A DNA stretch of 64,000 nt from positions 263,933 through 327,932 of the forward strand of contig CAVXIM010000019.1 in NCBI GenBank assembly GCA_963761945.1, written 5' to 3'. The notes beneath the pieces were generated by a model, which saw nothing but the letters and a program-made list of their open reading frames with translations, made no database searches and was not told the DNA's origin. Below are positions 1 to 10,584 of this stretch, piece by piece. The DNA comes from an uncultured Acidobacteriota bacterium (GTDB taxonomy: Bacteria > Acidobacteriota > Terriglobia > Acidiferrales > UBA7541). The position numbers were made by a program, and so were the translations under genes. The stretch's first letter is position 1, and every line of letters begins with the position of its first letter.

Positions 1-1639
1 GTTGATTGGTCTCACGGATTTGATCCCGAGGTGAGTTTGCTCGACTCGGCGATTGGTTTCCCCGATCTTGTTGCCTGGAGCCATGCGTTTTTGCCTGGGC
101 ACGCTGAGGATTTGGATATCGAGGGGAGCGCCGGTTTGGAGGCGGAGTTCGCGGGTTGGCCGCTACGCGTTGAGAATTTCAGCATCACTTCAGATGGCGC
201 TTCAGTCCGGAGCGATAGCGGCAAGCTGGTTCCGATTCGAGTCGGTCCGGTACAGGCATTCTGGAGCCGCTCCTCGTTGGTGCTTACGCCCGTTGCCGTG
301 CGTCTCTTCTCGCCGGTAGCAAGCCGATCGGGGCGGGGCCAGCGGTCGGAACCGGCTTCCGAGGGAGTCTTTCATATTGACGGCGCCCTGGGCCCGATTC
401 GGCCGGGAGAAGCGCTGCACGATTGGCCTTACAAGTTGACGATTGAGGGCCAAACGGGGCGTCTTGCAGGATTTGCGCGCTGCCGTCGCCGCAATTGGAT
501 GGCAATCCGAATCCAACTGGACGGTAGAAGGGCCCGCATCCCTGCAGCTTTTCTGTGCCGGGCTGCTGCGGCGTGGCGCCTCGTTTATTCATGGGCAGCT
601 CGACCTCCATGATTTGCGCCTCACGAATGGTGCCTTAAATGAGCCGATACTCGTCTCAGCGGCAAGCGTGAAGTTTGCGCCCGGCGAACGCAAGGTGGAG
701 CTCGGCGGCGCGCAGGCACTGGGAGCGCGATGGAAGGGCGGCCTGGAGAGAAAAGCGGCCAACGCGGATTGGATCTTCGATCTTTCTGCCGACCGATTGG
801 AACTGGAAAGCCTGGGCCGCGGCCTGGGGCAAGCCCAGCAGGGTTTGCTCTATCGCATATTGCCGTTTGCGGAGTCGCTAGGGCTGGCGCCGCAGGCCGA
901 AAGTGCAATCGCCGGAATCAATGCGCAGGGGCGCCTGCATATAGACGAACTCGCGCTGGGAGCCTTGCTACTGGAAGGCCTCGACGGAACGGCGGATTTG
1001 CACCGCGGCGCTCTGAATTTTCGCCGCGTTGAGGCGGGCCTCTACGGTGGGCGTCTGAGCGGCGAATTCCGCGCTCAATTGGTAAGTGAGCCGCGCTACA
1101 CCTTCCAGGGTCAGGTCGATCGAACGGACTTATCCGCGCTTGCCGCTCTCACCTCCATCAAGAATAGCTTCGGCGGAATCGGATCGGGCGAAGTGGAGCT
1201 GGCTGCGTATGGCGTCGGGCGGCAAGCCCTGCTTGCCTCTCTCAACGGCGAAGGTTTTCTCCACGTTCAAGATGCCGCCATCGATCTTCTGGATTTGACT
1301 GTAGACCCGCCGGACAGCAGCTTTCGGAATATTGCCGGCAACCGCTTTCGAAGCAGCACGGTCAGCTTTCGCGTGCAGGACGGGCAGATTCGCGTCGATC
1401 CCTGGTTGCTCTCGGGACGCCAGCGACAATTGGAGATCGTGGGAGATATCGATTTCAGCCGTCGCCTTGATCTGCAAGTCCGATCCATAGCTCAGCCGGA
1501 GCATCTGGACGCGGCTTCGGATTCCGCGGCCGGCGATGACGTCTGGGTGATCGGCGGCACCTTGGATGCGCCGCAGCTCATTCGCGAGGAGCGCGTTTCG
1601 GCCGGCAATCGGCCCATTACGCACACGGCCCCACGCTGA
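1..1639 (+). pseudogene. AsmA-family protein, C-terminal part (5' end upstream of window); frame breaks at G4 run 456-459
   Basis: Frame 1 is open from nt 1 and reads coding-like up to '...DWPYKLTIEGQTG', then turns Arg-rich. Frame 2 (ORF 443..1639) continues with 'VLQDLRAAVAAIGWQSESNWTVEGPASLQL'. The C-terminal half has an AsmA-like pattern ('GGRLSGEF', 'DGQIRVDPWLLSGRQRQLEIVGDIDFSRRLDLQV'). The family call is by eye. Confidence 0.5.
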
Positions 1640-1678
1640 ACGGGACGGCACCGGCTCGGCTCCGCGCATCGAACTCCC

Positions 1679-2786
1679 ATGCTCTCTCAAGATGTGCGTA
1701 TGCGTTCGACCTCCGTGCAGAGTGGTGGGCCGCGCCGCGCCGCATTCCTATGTTTGCTCCTGGCCATCTGGATGATGGGGCATTCCGCCGGCGCCGGCTC
1801 GCAGTCGCAATCTCGTTCCAAAACTTCGCCCTCGCCTCGCATTGACCTCCGGCCCAAGCTCGTACCCGGCGAAGTGCTCCGCTATCAAGTCCAGCTTCAG
1901 ACCATCACAGACACGAAACGCACCGGCGCCATTTCCGATCCGCAGGGACCTTCCCGGCTGACCGTCACCTGGGACGCCACGATCAAGCTGGAGGTGCTCG
2001 GCGAGCCCGCCCCTGCGGCCGCTCGGTTCGCCTGCTCCGAAATCGGCTGCCGCCAAAACATCCGTCGCGGAATCGAATGCCGCCGGGGCGGCTTTGCGCA
2101 TCCGCACCACTTACGAGCATTCCGCCGCCAGCGTCAAAAGCGATAGTCCCGACCCGGAGAGTGAAAATATCGAGGAAACGTATGGGCGGCTGGAAGGCCA
2201 GGTGATCGAATTCACGGTCGGCGCGGACGGCCACGTCTCCGATGTACGCGGACTCGACGGCGTCATCGACGATGACCGAGTTCGCCAAGCCGCCGAGCAG
2301 TGGATGGAGCAAGTTTCCGGGACGGCCGGCGCTCCGCAAGCTGTGGCGCTCGGCCAGACTTGGAATTCCGCGCAGCCCGCCACTTCCATGCCGCTTGCGG
2401 GCATGATCTGGCGCAGTATTTCCAGTTACTTGCGAAACGAGCCTTGCCGGCCTGCCGACCCCAATGCGCCGGCAATACCGGACGAACTTTGCGCGGTAAT
2501 CCTCACCCGCCAATCCGTTCTGCCTCAGAAACAATTGCACGACCCCACGCCCGAAGACTATCGGCGCAATGGATTGCACACTTCGGGCCGCTGGAGCGGT
2601 TCGGGGGAAAGCCTCAGCTACGTTTCCCTGCGAACCCGTTCGGCGGTAAGCGTCACCCAGGATAGCGCCCAGCAAATCGATTTCACCGTAACGAACGCCT
2701 CCGGGAACTCCATTCGTTACGCGGGCAGCATCGAAACGCATTCCCGGGTCGCACTCCTCCCGGCCGACGCGACCGATTCCCGCTAA
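1679..2786 (+). pseudogene. Secreted hypothetical protein (signal peptide) split over two frames
   Basis: ORF 1679..2146 starts with a signal-like 'AAFLCLLLAIWMMGHSAGAGS' and ends in Arg-rich text. ORF 2094..2786, whose frame is open further upstream ('KSAAAKTSVAESNAAGAALRIRTTYEH...'), is coding-like. The junction lies roughly at 2000-2095. Confidence 0.4.
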
Positions 2787-2910
2787 TTGGCATCTATTGG
2801 CCGACGGCCCACCCCATCGATTCGCCGGGCGCCGCCGCTCTTCATCGCGCTGCGCTATAATTGTCAGTTTGAGCGCCAGCGCGAATTCTCCGCGGTCCAT
2901 TCCGAGAACG

Positions 2911-5025
2911 ATGAACTCGCACAATTTTCGTCTCGCCAGCGACTACGAACCACAGGGCGACCAGCCCGAAGCCATTCGGGAACTCGTTCAGGGCGTAGAA
3001 GGCGGCGAAAAACATCAAGTTCTGCTCGGCGTGACCGGCTCCGGCAAAACCTTCACCATGGCCAAGATCATCGAGCAGGTGAGCCGGCCGGCACTGGTGC
3101 TCGCGCACAATAAGACGCTGGCCGCCCAGCTCTTCCATGAATTCCGCAATTTCTTCCCCAAGAACGCGGTCGAATATTTCGTCAGCTACTACGATTATTA
3201 CCAGCCGGAAGCCTACATACCGGCTTCCGACACCTATATCGAAAAAGAATCGACCATTAACGAAGAACTGGACAAGCTGCGCATGAGCGCCACGCGCTCT
3301 CTTTTCGAGCGCCGCGACGTCATCATCGTTGCCTCGGTTTCCTGCATCTACGGCTTGGGCTCGCCGGAAGCCTATTACGGCATGCTGGTGATGCTGGAAG
3401 CGGGCCAGAGAATTTCGCGCGAAGCGCTCCTGCGCCGCTTCGTGGAGATTCAGTATGAGCGCAGCGAAGACTTGCGCCGCGGCACGTTTCGGGTGCGCGG
3501 TGACATGATCGAGATTCGTCCCCCTTACGAAGACAATGCCTTTCGCATCGAGATGTGGGGAGAGCAGATCGATCGCCTGCGCGCCATCGATTCGCTGACC
3601 GGCGAAATCCGCGGCGAACCGCTGGCGCGTCTGCCCATATATCCAAAGTCTCACTATGTCTTGCCCGTGGAACAAAAAGAGCGCGCCATCCGCGGCATCC
3701 TCGAAGAACTGGCGTGGTGGAAGCCCGAACTCGAAAAGCAGGGCAAATATATCGAGGCGCAGCGCGTGTGGCAGCGGACCATGTTTGACGTGGAGATGAT
3801 GCGCACCATCGGATACTGCCACGGCATCGAGAACTATTCGCGCCACATGTCGGGCCGGCTTCCCGGCGAAGCGCCGCCCACCTTGCTCGATTACGTGCCG
3901 CAGGATTATCTGCTCTTCGTCGACGAATCGCACCAGACCATTCCGCAGGTGCGCGGGATGTATCATGGCGACCGCTCCCGGAAGCAGACTCTGGTCGACT
4001 TCGGTTTTCGCATGCCCTCGGCTTTGGATAATCGCCCGCTCAATTTCGAGGAGTTCGAGCATCGCACCAATCAAGTGATCTATGTCTCGGCAACTCCCGG
4101 TCCCTACGAACTGACGCGCTCGGCGGGAGTCGTCGTGGAACAGGTGATCCGTCCCACGGGCTTGATCGATCCGGAAGTCGAGGTGCGCCCGGTGAAGGGG
4201 CAAGTGGACGATCTGCTGGAGGAAATCCGCGCCCGCGCCGAGAAGGGCGAGCGCGTCCTGGTCACCACGCTTACTAAACGCATGTCCGAGGATCTCGCCG
4301 AGTATTTCGGCGAAGTCGGCGTGAAATGCCGTTACCTGCATTCCGAAATCGAGACGCTGGAACGCGTGCGCATTCTGCGCGATCTACGCCGCGGCGTATT
4401 CGACGTGCTGATCGGTATCAATCTATTGCGCGAAGGGCTGGACTTGCCGGAGGTCTCGCTGGTCGCCATTCTCGATGCGGATAAGGAAGGCTACCTGCGC
4501 AGCGCCACGGCATTGATTCAGACCATCGGCCGCTGCGCGCGCCACATCAGCGGCCGGGCCATTCTCTACGCCGATGTCATGACCGGGTCGATGCGGCAAG
4601 CCATCGACGAGACCAATCGGCGTCGCGCGAAACAACTGGCTTACAACGAAGCCCACCACATCACGCCGCAAAGCATCATCAAGAGCGTGGATATGAAGCT
4701 TGCCGCAATTGTGGAGGCCGATTACATCACCGTCCCGGCGGAAGACGTCGTGCCCGAAACGATTCACAGCGAAGACGAATTGCGCCAGGTGATCGCGCAA
4801 CTCGAGACGCAGATGCGAGAAGCTGCCAAGAAATTCGAGTTTGAACGCGCCGCCGGCCTGCGCGACAGGATTCGTGCCCTACAGCAGCGCGAACTGGGCG
4901 GCCTATTCGCCGCGGTGGTTGCCGCGGGCCAACCGGAGCCTGCGGCAACAGGCGCCACGCAGCCCCAGCCCGCTGCTGCACCCACAGCTTCAGAGCCAGC
5001 GCCTGCAAAATCAAAAACCGGCTAG
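2911..5025 (+). CDS. uvrB: Excinuclease ABC subunit B
   Basis: '[21 protein letters not shown]', Walker A '[12 protein letters not shown]', '[10 protein letters not shown]', helicase motifs and a C-terminal UVR motif '[14 protein letters not shown]'. The start is set at ATG 2911 (MNSHNF) rather than the ORF-track 2797. Confidence 0.95.
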   Translation: MNSHNFRLASDYEPQGDQPEAIRELVQGVEGGEKHQVLLGVTGSGKTFTMAKIIEQVSRPALVLAHNKTLAAQLFHEFRNFFPKNAVEYFVSYYDYYQPEAYIPASDTYIEKESTINEELDKLRMSATRSLFERRDVIIVASVSCIYGLGSPEAYYGMLVMLEAGQRISREALLRRFVEIQYERSEDLRRGTFRVRGDMIEIRPPYEDNAFRIEMWGEQIDRLRAIDSLTGEIRGEPLARLPIYPKSHYVLPVEQKERAIRGILEELAWWKPELEKQGKYIEAQRVWQRTMFDVEMMRTIGYCHGIENYSRHMSGRLPGEAPPTLLDYVPQDYLLFVDESHQTIPQVRGMYHGDRSRKQTLVDFGFRMPSALDNRPLNFEEFEHRTNQVIYVSATPGPYELTRSAGVVVEQVIRPTGLIDPEVEVRPVKGQVDDLLEEIRARAEKGERVLVTTLTKRMSEDLAEYFGEVGVKCRYLHSEIETLERVRILRDLRRGVFDVLIGINLLREGLDLPEVSLVAILDADKEGYLRSATALIQTIGRCARHISGRAILYADVMTGSMRQAIDETNRRRAKQLAYNEAHHITPQSIIKSVDMKLAAIVEADYITVPAEDVVPETIHSEDELRQVIAQLETQMREAAKKFEFERAAGLRDRIRALQQRELGGLFAAVVAAGQPEPAATGATQPQPAAAPTASEPAPAKSKTG

Positions 5026-5046
5026 CGATGCAAGAAGTTCTCATCC

Positions 5047-6015
5047 ATGCAATCGCATAGCAAACCGCGCCCAGCGCCGATCGTCGCGATTATCGGCGCC
5101 GGGCGGGTGGGATGCGCGTTGGGCAGGCGTTTGCATGAAAAAGGTTGGCGCATTGGATCGGTGGTCACGCGCTCGATGGGAACCGCGACCGCCGCGCGGC
5201 GGCGCATCGGCGGCGGCGTGCCGCAGGCGGGCTTGACCCAAGCCGTGCTCGGAGCCGATGTGATTCTGATCTCCACGCCCGATCGTGCCATCGCCGAAAC
5301 GGCGGAAGCTCTGGCCCGAATCGCTCCTGGGCCGCTTTCGCGCGGCCAGGGTGGTTATCGCTCTGGCCTCGCGCGGCAGACGCGCGGAGCAAAAATGACC
5401 GGCAGCAAGCTTTGGCGCGGCAAAATCGTCTTGCACACCAGCGGCGCGCTGGGTAGCGATGTTCTCAGGCCGCTGGCCCTTCGAGGAGCGTCCATCGGAT
5501 CGTTGCACCCGCTGCAGACGTTTAGCGGCCGAACTGTACCCTCGCTCGCAGGTGCGACCTTTGCCATCGAAGGAAGCGCCCCTGCGATGCGCGCGGCGCG
5601 ACGGATTTGCCGCGAACTGGGCGCTGTCCCCGTAGTGATTCCGCAGCGCCGCAAATCCGCGTATCATGCCGCCGCGGCTTTAGCGGCCGGGCACATTCTC
5701 GCTGTGGCTGAAGCGGCGGTGCGAATTCTTATGGCGTCTGGTTTCTCTCGTAAGCGCGCCGTGCTCGCCCTTTTGCCGCTGACGCGGCAAACGCTCGCCA
5801 ATTACGAGCGCGCGGGCGCGCGCCCCGCGTGGACGGGACCCTTGAACCGCGGCGATTTCGGAGTTATCGAGCGGCACCTTGAAGCTTTGCGGCGTTTTCC
5901 GCGAGAATATCGGGAAGCCTACGAAGCGCTGTCGAGGCTCGGCGTGAAGGTGCTGGCAAATGGCAGCAGCGCGAAAAAGCGGCAGCTCGAGCGAACGCTG
6001 GCGCGAATCAAATAG
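5047..6015 (+). CDS. Rossmann-like / DUF2520 domain protein (predicted NAD(P) oxidoreductase)
   Basis: N-terminal 'VAIIGAGRVGCALGRRL' (GxGxxG). The length and C-terminal half resemble DUF2520 proteins. The call is by eye. Confidence 0.55.
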   Translation: MQSHSKPRPAPIVAIIGAGRVGCALGRRLHEKGWRIGSVVTRSMGTATAARRRIGGGVPQAGLTQAVLGADVILISTPDRAIAETAEALARIAPGPLSRGQGGYRSGLARQTRGAKMTGSKLWRGKIVLHTSGALGSDVLRPLALRGASIGSLHPLQTFSGRTVPSLAGATFAIEGSAPAMRAARRICRELGAVPVVIPQRRKSAYHAAAALAAGHILAVAEAAVRILMASGFSRKRAVLALLPLTRQTLANYERAGARPAWTGPLNRGDFGVIERHLEALRRFPREYREAYEALSRLGVKVLANGSSAKKRQLERTLARIK

Positions 6016-6110
6016 CGCAGCCGCGGCAGGCAATCTCTTTCCGGCGCGAGGGCTGCGGTAAGGCAAAGAAGCGACGGCAGAAAAGGCCGGCACAAGATCA
6101 AGGAGCGACA

Positions 6111-7427
6111 TTGAACCAACTCCATATTCCCCTCGAAACTAGCAAGCTTGAAAACGGGCTGCGCGTGGTGATTTCCCCCGATCGCACGGCGCCGGTGGCG
6201 ACTCTGGGCGTCTACTACAACATCGGCTTTCGTCTGGAGCCGCGCGGGCGCAGCGGCTTCGCGCATCTTTTTGAACACATGATGTTCCAGGGCTCCGAGC
6301 ATGCCGGGAAAATGATGCACATCAAGCTGATCAATTCGTCCGGCGGCGTTCTGAATGGATCGACGCACTACGACGTGACCAACTATTACGAATCGATCCC
6401 GTCCAACGCTCTCGAGCGCGTGCTCTGGCTCGAAGCCGACCGCATGCGAGCGCTGAAAGTGGACGACGAAAATCTGCGAAATCAACGCGACGTCGTCAAA
6501 GAGGAAGTTCGGGTCAACGTCCTCAATCAGCCCTACGGCGGCTTTCCCTGGCTCGATTTGCCGCCGATTGCCTTTCGTAATTGGCCCAACGCGCACAATT
6601 TCTATGGCGATTTCGCCGATCTCGATGCCGCCACGCTGGACGACGTGCAGCAGTTCTTTCGCACCTATTATTCGCCCTCGAATGCGGTGCTGCTCATGAT
6701 TGGCGATGTCACGCCCGACGAAGGCTTCGCTCTCGCGCGGCGCTACTTCGGAAGTGTCCCTGCCGGTCCGCCGCAGCCAAAGGCGGACGTGAGCGAAGGT
6801 CCTTTCGAAGGCGTGCGTCGCGGCGAGGTGGAAGAGAAATTCGGTACACTGCCTGCTTTCGCCGTGGGCTACCGCGCGCCCGAACGCCGAACTCCCGACT
6901 GGTACGCCTTGGCCATGCTCGACCATGCGCTGCATGGCGGCCGCGCCGGCCGCGTCTATCGCCAACTCGTGCTGGAGCAGCAGATCGCCGTGGACACCGC
7001 CGGCGGAATCCATTATCCCGTGGGCGATTTGTTTGACTACAACGGCCCCACGCTGATCGTCTCGCGCGTGCTGCATAAACCCGAGTACAGTGCCGAGCAG
7101 GCGCTGGAGGCCTACGATGCGGTGATCGACGCGGTCTGCCAGCACGGCATCGAGCAGGACGAACTCGAACAGGTCAAGGTGAAGTTTCGGTCCGAATACG
7201 TATCTTCGCTCGAGGGCGGGCACGGAGCTTCTATTCCGCGCTATGGCTTGATGCATTATCTGGCCTGCTTCACGCTTTTCGATAACGATCCGTCGCTGGT
7301 GAATTCCATTCTCGACGGCTTCCTCCAGGTAACCCGCGAGCAGGTTCGCCAGGCGGCGCAGCGCTATCTCGACCCCAAGCGGCGCGCGATCGTCTTTCGC
7401 CAGCCGTCGAAGAAAGGAGCGGCGTGA
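6111..7427 (+). CDS. M16 (pitrilysin) family zinc peptidase, catalytic subunit
   Basis: Inverted zinc motif HxxEH in 'GFAHLFEHMMFQGSEH'. TTG start. The stop overlaps the next gene (ATGA at 7424-7427). Confidence 0.85.
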   Translation: MNQLHIPLETSKLENGLRVVISPDRTAPVATLGVYYNIGFRLEPRGRSGFAHLFEHMMFQGSEHAGKMMHIKLINSSGGVLNGSTHYDVTNYYESIPSNALERVLWLEADRMRALKVDDENLRNQRDVVKEEVRVNVLNQPYGGFPWLDLPPIAFRNWPNAHNFYGDFADLDAATLDDVQQFFRTYYSPSNAVLLMIGDVTPDEGFALARRYFGSVPAGPPQPKADVSEGPFEGVRRGEVEEKFGTLPAFAVGYRAPERRTPDWYALAMLDHALHGGRAGRVYRQLVLEQQIAVDTAGGIHYPVGDLFDYNGPTLIVSRVLHKPEYSAEQALEAYDAVIDAVCQHGIEQDELEQVKVKFRSEYVSSLEGGHGASIPRYGLMHYLACFTLFDNDPSLVNSILDGFLQVTREQVRQAAQRYLDPKRRAIVFRQPSKKGAA

Positions 7428-8794
7428 TGGCCACCGTTGCGGTGCCCGATCCCTTCGCGCAGGTGCCATCGCTCGGCCCGGAGCGGCCGGTAGTCTGGCC
7501 CGCGCGCACTTATCGCAAGCTCGCTAATGGACTCGAGGTCGTTCTTGTCGAATCTCATACCATTCCCAAATTCACCGGCGAACTCTACTTCCGCAGCGGC
7601 AATGCCGCGGCGGCCGCAAAAGCGCCGGGACTGGCGGAAATCACGGCTACGGTCGTTCGCACGGGCACCACGGCGCGATCCAGCCGGCAGATCGAAGAGG
7701 ATTTGCGGCGCATCGGCGCGGATATGGGCACGAGCGCCGGGGCGGATACCAGCGCCATCGGCTTCAACGGCCTGGTGGAGTTTTCCGCGGATTTGCTGAA
7801 GCTGGTCGCCGAACTCGCGCAGCAGGCTTCCTTTCCCGAGGATGAGTTCGAGCGGGAGCGCCGCCAGATGATCGAAGGGCTGCGCATTGCGCGCACCACG
7901 CCTTCGTTCCTGGCAAATGAGCGCATGCGCCGCGTCCTTTTCGGCGCGCATCCCTACGCCATCATCGCGCCGACGGAAACACAGGTGAAGGAGTACCGGC
8001 TGGCGCAACTGGCCGACTTCTATCGCACCTACTACCGTCCCGCAAACGCCCTGCTCATCGCCGTCGGCGATTTCGCTTCGCCGCAAATGATGGAGCAGAT
8101 CGAGCGCATTTTCGGTTCCTGGAAGCCGGCGGAGATCCCAGCGCTTTCGGCGGCTGCGCCGCCGGAACTGCACGGACGCCATGTGCATCTGGTGCACCTG
8201 CCCGAATCGGTGCAGACACAAGTACTGGTGGCCAATCACGCCATCACGCGCAAGCATCCGGATTGGCTGCGCCTGGCGCTCGCCAATTCCATCTATGGAG
8301 GCGCGTTCAATTCCCGGCTGATCATCAATATCCGCGAGCAGAAAGGCTACACATACAGCCCCCGCAGCGGCGTGCATGCTTTGCGCCAGCAGGGATATTT
8401 CTCCGTGAGCGCCGCGGTGCGCAATGACGTGGTGGCCGCCACGCTCACGGAAATTTTCTATGAGCTCGATCGCATGCGCTCTCTGCCCGTTGGCGAGGAC
8501 GAACTCTCCGACGCGCGCACATACATGAGTGGCGTCTTCTCGCTCGGACTGGCGACTCAGGAGGGCCTGGCCTCGCAACTATCGAACGTCTACCTTTACG
8601 AGCTTCCCGAGGACTACCTCGAGACGTATCGCCAGCGCGTGCGGGCCCTGACGGCGCCGGATGTGCTTGCCGCGGCGCGCGCCTATTTCGATTCGGCCAA
8701 CGCGCAGATCATTATTGTGGGAGACCGCGGTCAGATCGCCGATCAGGCCAGGCTCTTCGGGCAGGTCACCGAATACAATGCCGAGCCCAAATGA
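7424..8794 (+). CDS. M16 family peptidase, non-catalytic partner (no HxxEH)
   Basis: M16 fold-like sequence lacking HxxEH. It is translationally coupled to the upstream M16 gene. Confidence 0.8.
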   Translation: MMATVAVPDPFAQVPSLGPERPVVWPARTYRKLANGLEVVLVESHTIPKFTGELYFRSGNAAAAAKAPGLAEITATVVRTGTTARSSRQIEEDLRRIGADMGTSAGADTSAIGFNGLVEFSADLLKLVAELAQQASFPEDEFERERRQMIEGLRIARTTPSFLANERMRRVLFGAHPYAIIAPTETQVKEYRLAQLADFYRTYYRPANALLIAVGDFASPQMMEQIERIFGSWKPAEIPALSAAAPPELHGRHVHLVHLPESVQTQVLVANHAITRKHPDWLRLALANSIYGGAFNSRLIINIREQKGYTYSPRSGVHALRQQGYFSVSAAVRNDVVAATLTEIFYELDRMRSLPVGEDELSDARTYMSGVFSLGLATQEGLASQLSNVYLYELPEDYLETYRQRVRALTAPDVLAAARAYFDSANAQIIIVGDRGQIADQARLFGQVTEYNAEPK

Positions 8795-8859
8795 GCCGAG
8801 CGCCAGTGGAGAATCGCCGCGCTACGAGCGCACGCCGCGGGCAAAGGGCTGCACGATGA

Positions 8860-9198
8860 ATGCGTCGCCTGCGTGCATGGCCGCTTCTTTTGCTTTGCTG
8901 TGCTTTGCTTGCCGCTCGGCCAGCGGGCGGCAAAAAAACGCCTCCCGCCTCTCCGCTCGATCTGAATACCGCCGCGGCCACGCAGCTCGCGCAGGTTCCC
9001 GGTATCGGAGCCGCAACCGCCAAGGCCATCGTGCAGTTCCGCGAGAGAAGCGGTCCATTCCAGCGGTTGGAGGATCTTCTGGCAATTCGCGGCATCAGCG
9101 CGCGGAAGCTAGAGCAGATTCGTCCCTACGTCACGATCGCCAAGCCCGCACCCCGAAAACCCAGCAGTTCGCGCGGATCCCCAATCACCAGCGCGTAG
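8860..9198 (+). CDS. comEA: ComEA-family helix-hairpin-helix DNA-binding protein
   Basis: Signal or anchor 'WPLLLLCCALLAA', then 'LDLNTAAATQLAQVPGIGAATAKAIVQFRERSGPFQRLEDLLAIRGISARKLEQIRPYV'. Confidence 0.75.
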   Translation: MRRLRAWPLLLLCCALLAARPAGGKKTPPASPLDLNTAAATQLAQVPGIGAATAKAIVQFRERSGPFQRLEDLLAIRGISARKLEQIRPYVTIAKPAPRKPSSSRGSPITSA

Positions 9199-9216
9199 CC
9201 ATTCTGCGCGCCGATT

Positions 9217-10395
9217 TCACAATCGCTGGTGGGTGCTGCGGCCCGGCGCGATGGGCAGCGGCTGCTGATCGGCAATGGTGAGCCCGTAAGCTTCGAGCGC
9301 CACTACTTTGCGGGGATGATTGGTAAGCACGCGCAGGCTCTTGAGACCGAGATCGATCAGGATTTGCGCGCCGATGCCGCTTTCATGCTGCAGGAGCCGC
9401 TGCCGGGCGGCGTCCTGATCGAGCTGGCCGCGATTGTGGTAGAGCACGCGCGCCATTTCGCCCGATCCGGCCGGGGTCTGTTCCAGTCCGAAGCCTCTGC
9501 CGGTATGGTGCAGATAGACGAAGACGCCGCGATCTTCGCGCACGATGGCTTCGAGCGAGCGAGCGACGATCTCGTAACAGTCGCAGGAGATCGAACCGAA
9601 GACGTCTCCCGTCAGACAATGCGAATGCACGCGAACGAGCGGCGGAGGTCCGGACAAATCTCCGCGCACCAGCGCGATGTGTTGTTCGCGGTCTACCTCG
9701 CTCGAAAAAACGATCATGCGGAAATCGCCGTAACGCGTGGCGAGAACGGTTTCCGCCACGCGCCGGACGTAACGCTCGTGGCGCATGCGATAGCGGATCA
9801 ATTCCGCCACGGTGAGCAGCTTGAGATTGTGCGCGCGGCAGAATTCGGCCAACTGCGGCAGGCGGGCCATGCTGCCGTCGTCGTTCATGATTTCGCAAAT
9901 CACGCCGGCTGCATAAACGCCGGCGATGCGCGCGAGGTCCACTGAAGCTTCCGTCTGCCCGGCGCGAACCAGCACGCCGCCACGGCGCGCGCGCAGCGGG
10001 AAGACATGGCCGGGGCGAGCCAGATCGGCGGCCCGCGTGGCCGGATCGATGGCCGCAAGAATGGTGATCGCGCGATCGGCGGCGCTGATGCCGGTGGACG
10101 TTCCGCGCACCGCGTCGATGGATTCGGTAAACGCGGTGCCGAAGTTAGAGGTATTCACCGGCGACATCAGCGGCAGGTTCAGCTCGTCGCAGCGTTCCTC
10201 GGTGAGCGCCAGGCAGATCAGGCCGCGGCCATGCTTGGCCATGAAATTGACGGCTGCGGGAGTGATTTTCTCCGCGGCTATCGCTAGATCGCCCTCGTTC
10301 TCGCGGTCTTCATCATCCACCACGACGATCTGACGGCCCTGGCGAAATTCCTCGGCGGCTTCTTCCACAGTGGCGAATTCAATGGGCATAGACAT
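9217..10395 (-). CDS. ribBA: Bifunctional 3,4-dihydroxy-2-butanone-4-phosphate synthase / GTP cyclohydrolase II
   Basis: '[13 protein letters not shown]', '[12 protein letters not shown]' (DHBP synthase) and '[20 protein letters not shown]' (GTP cyclohydrolase II). The start is set at ATG 10395 (MSMPIEF), because the longer ORF would run through two hairpins. Confidence 0.9.
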   Translation of the reverse strand: MSMPIEFATVEEAAEEFRQGRQIVVVDDEDRENEGDLAIAAEKITPAAVNFMAKHGRGLICLALTEERCDELNLPLMSPVNTSNFGTAFTESIDAVRGTSTGISAADRAITILAAIDPATRAADLARPGHVFPLRARRGGVLVRAGQTEASVDLARIAGVYAAGVICEIMNDDGSMARLPQLAEFCRAHNLKLLTVAELIRYRMRHERYVRRVAETVLATRYGDFRMIVFSSEVDREQHIALVRGDLSGPPPLVRVHSHCLTGDVFGSISCDCYEIVARSLEAIVREDRGVFVYLHHTGRGFGLEQTPAGSGEMARVLYHNRGQLDQDAARQRLLQHESGIGAQILIDLGLKSLRVLTNHPRKVVALEAYGLTIADQQPLPIAPGRSTHQRL

Positions 10396-10410
10396 TATCG
10401 TAGCAGATGA

Positions 10411-10460
10411 AAAAGCCTCAGGGTCTCCGGCAAAGAGCGCCGGGGACCCTGAGCTACAAA
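10411..10460 (-). repeat. GC-rich hairpin element, copy A (15-bp stem 10417-10431/10439-10453, T5 on minus strand)
   Basis: The minus strand reads 'TTGTAGCTCAGGGTCCCCGGCGCTCTTTGCCGGAGACCCTGAGGCTTTTT'. It shares flanks and stem ends with copy B at 12381-12432. Confidence 0.6.
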
Positions 10461-10475
10461 CGACTTTCTTATGCC

Positions 10476-10540
10476 GAAAAAACGGCGTGCCCTCAAGCTT
10501 AAATCGCGAAACTTCGTTTCGCGAAGGCACGCCTTTTTTC
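10476..10540 (-). terminator. Intrinsic (bidirectional-looking) terminator after the MBL gene
   Basis: Outer stem GGCGTGCC (10484-10491) / GGCACGCC (10526-10533) and inner stem TCGCGAAAC / GTTTCGCGA. It is flanked by an A6 run upstream and a T6 run downstream. Confidence 0.6.
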
Positions 10541-10544
10541 GGCT

Positions 10545-10584
10545 CGACTGCTCATCGCTCGGGATGACGATCCTGATCGGATGG
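10545..10584 (-). repeat. Post-stop-codon repeat element, copy C1
   Basis: The minus strand, immediately after the TGA stop of the MBL gene, reads 'CCATCCGATCAGGATCGTCATCCCGAGCGATGAGC'. The core is shared with 14279-14339 and 30337-30396. Confidence 0.7.

Noticed and set aside
2842-4341. Long antisense or alternative-frame ORFs: 2842..4341(-) opposite uvrB, 5919..7469(-), 7364..8578(-), 10720..12066(+), 12982..14343(+) opposite groEL, 16129..17295(+), 25528..26526(+), 41149..42432(+), 43214..44257(-), 45423..46373(-), 61510..62331(+)
   Set aside because: They have the Arg/Gly/Ala/His-rich composition typical of high-GC shadow ORFs. Each overlaps a strongly supported conserved gene on the other strand or in another frame.
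8661-9281. ORF 8661..9281 (+, 206 aa) spanning the end of the M16 gene and comEA
   Set aside because: It is an Arg/Ser-rich alternative frame overlapping two well-supported genes.
10396-10584. FMN (RFN) riboswitch upstream of ribBA
   Set aside because: The 190-nt region is fully accounted for by repeat C1, a terminator and hairpin A. I could not find the conserved RFN aptamer core. cmscan would be needed to be certain.
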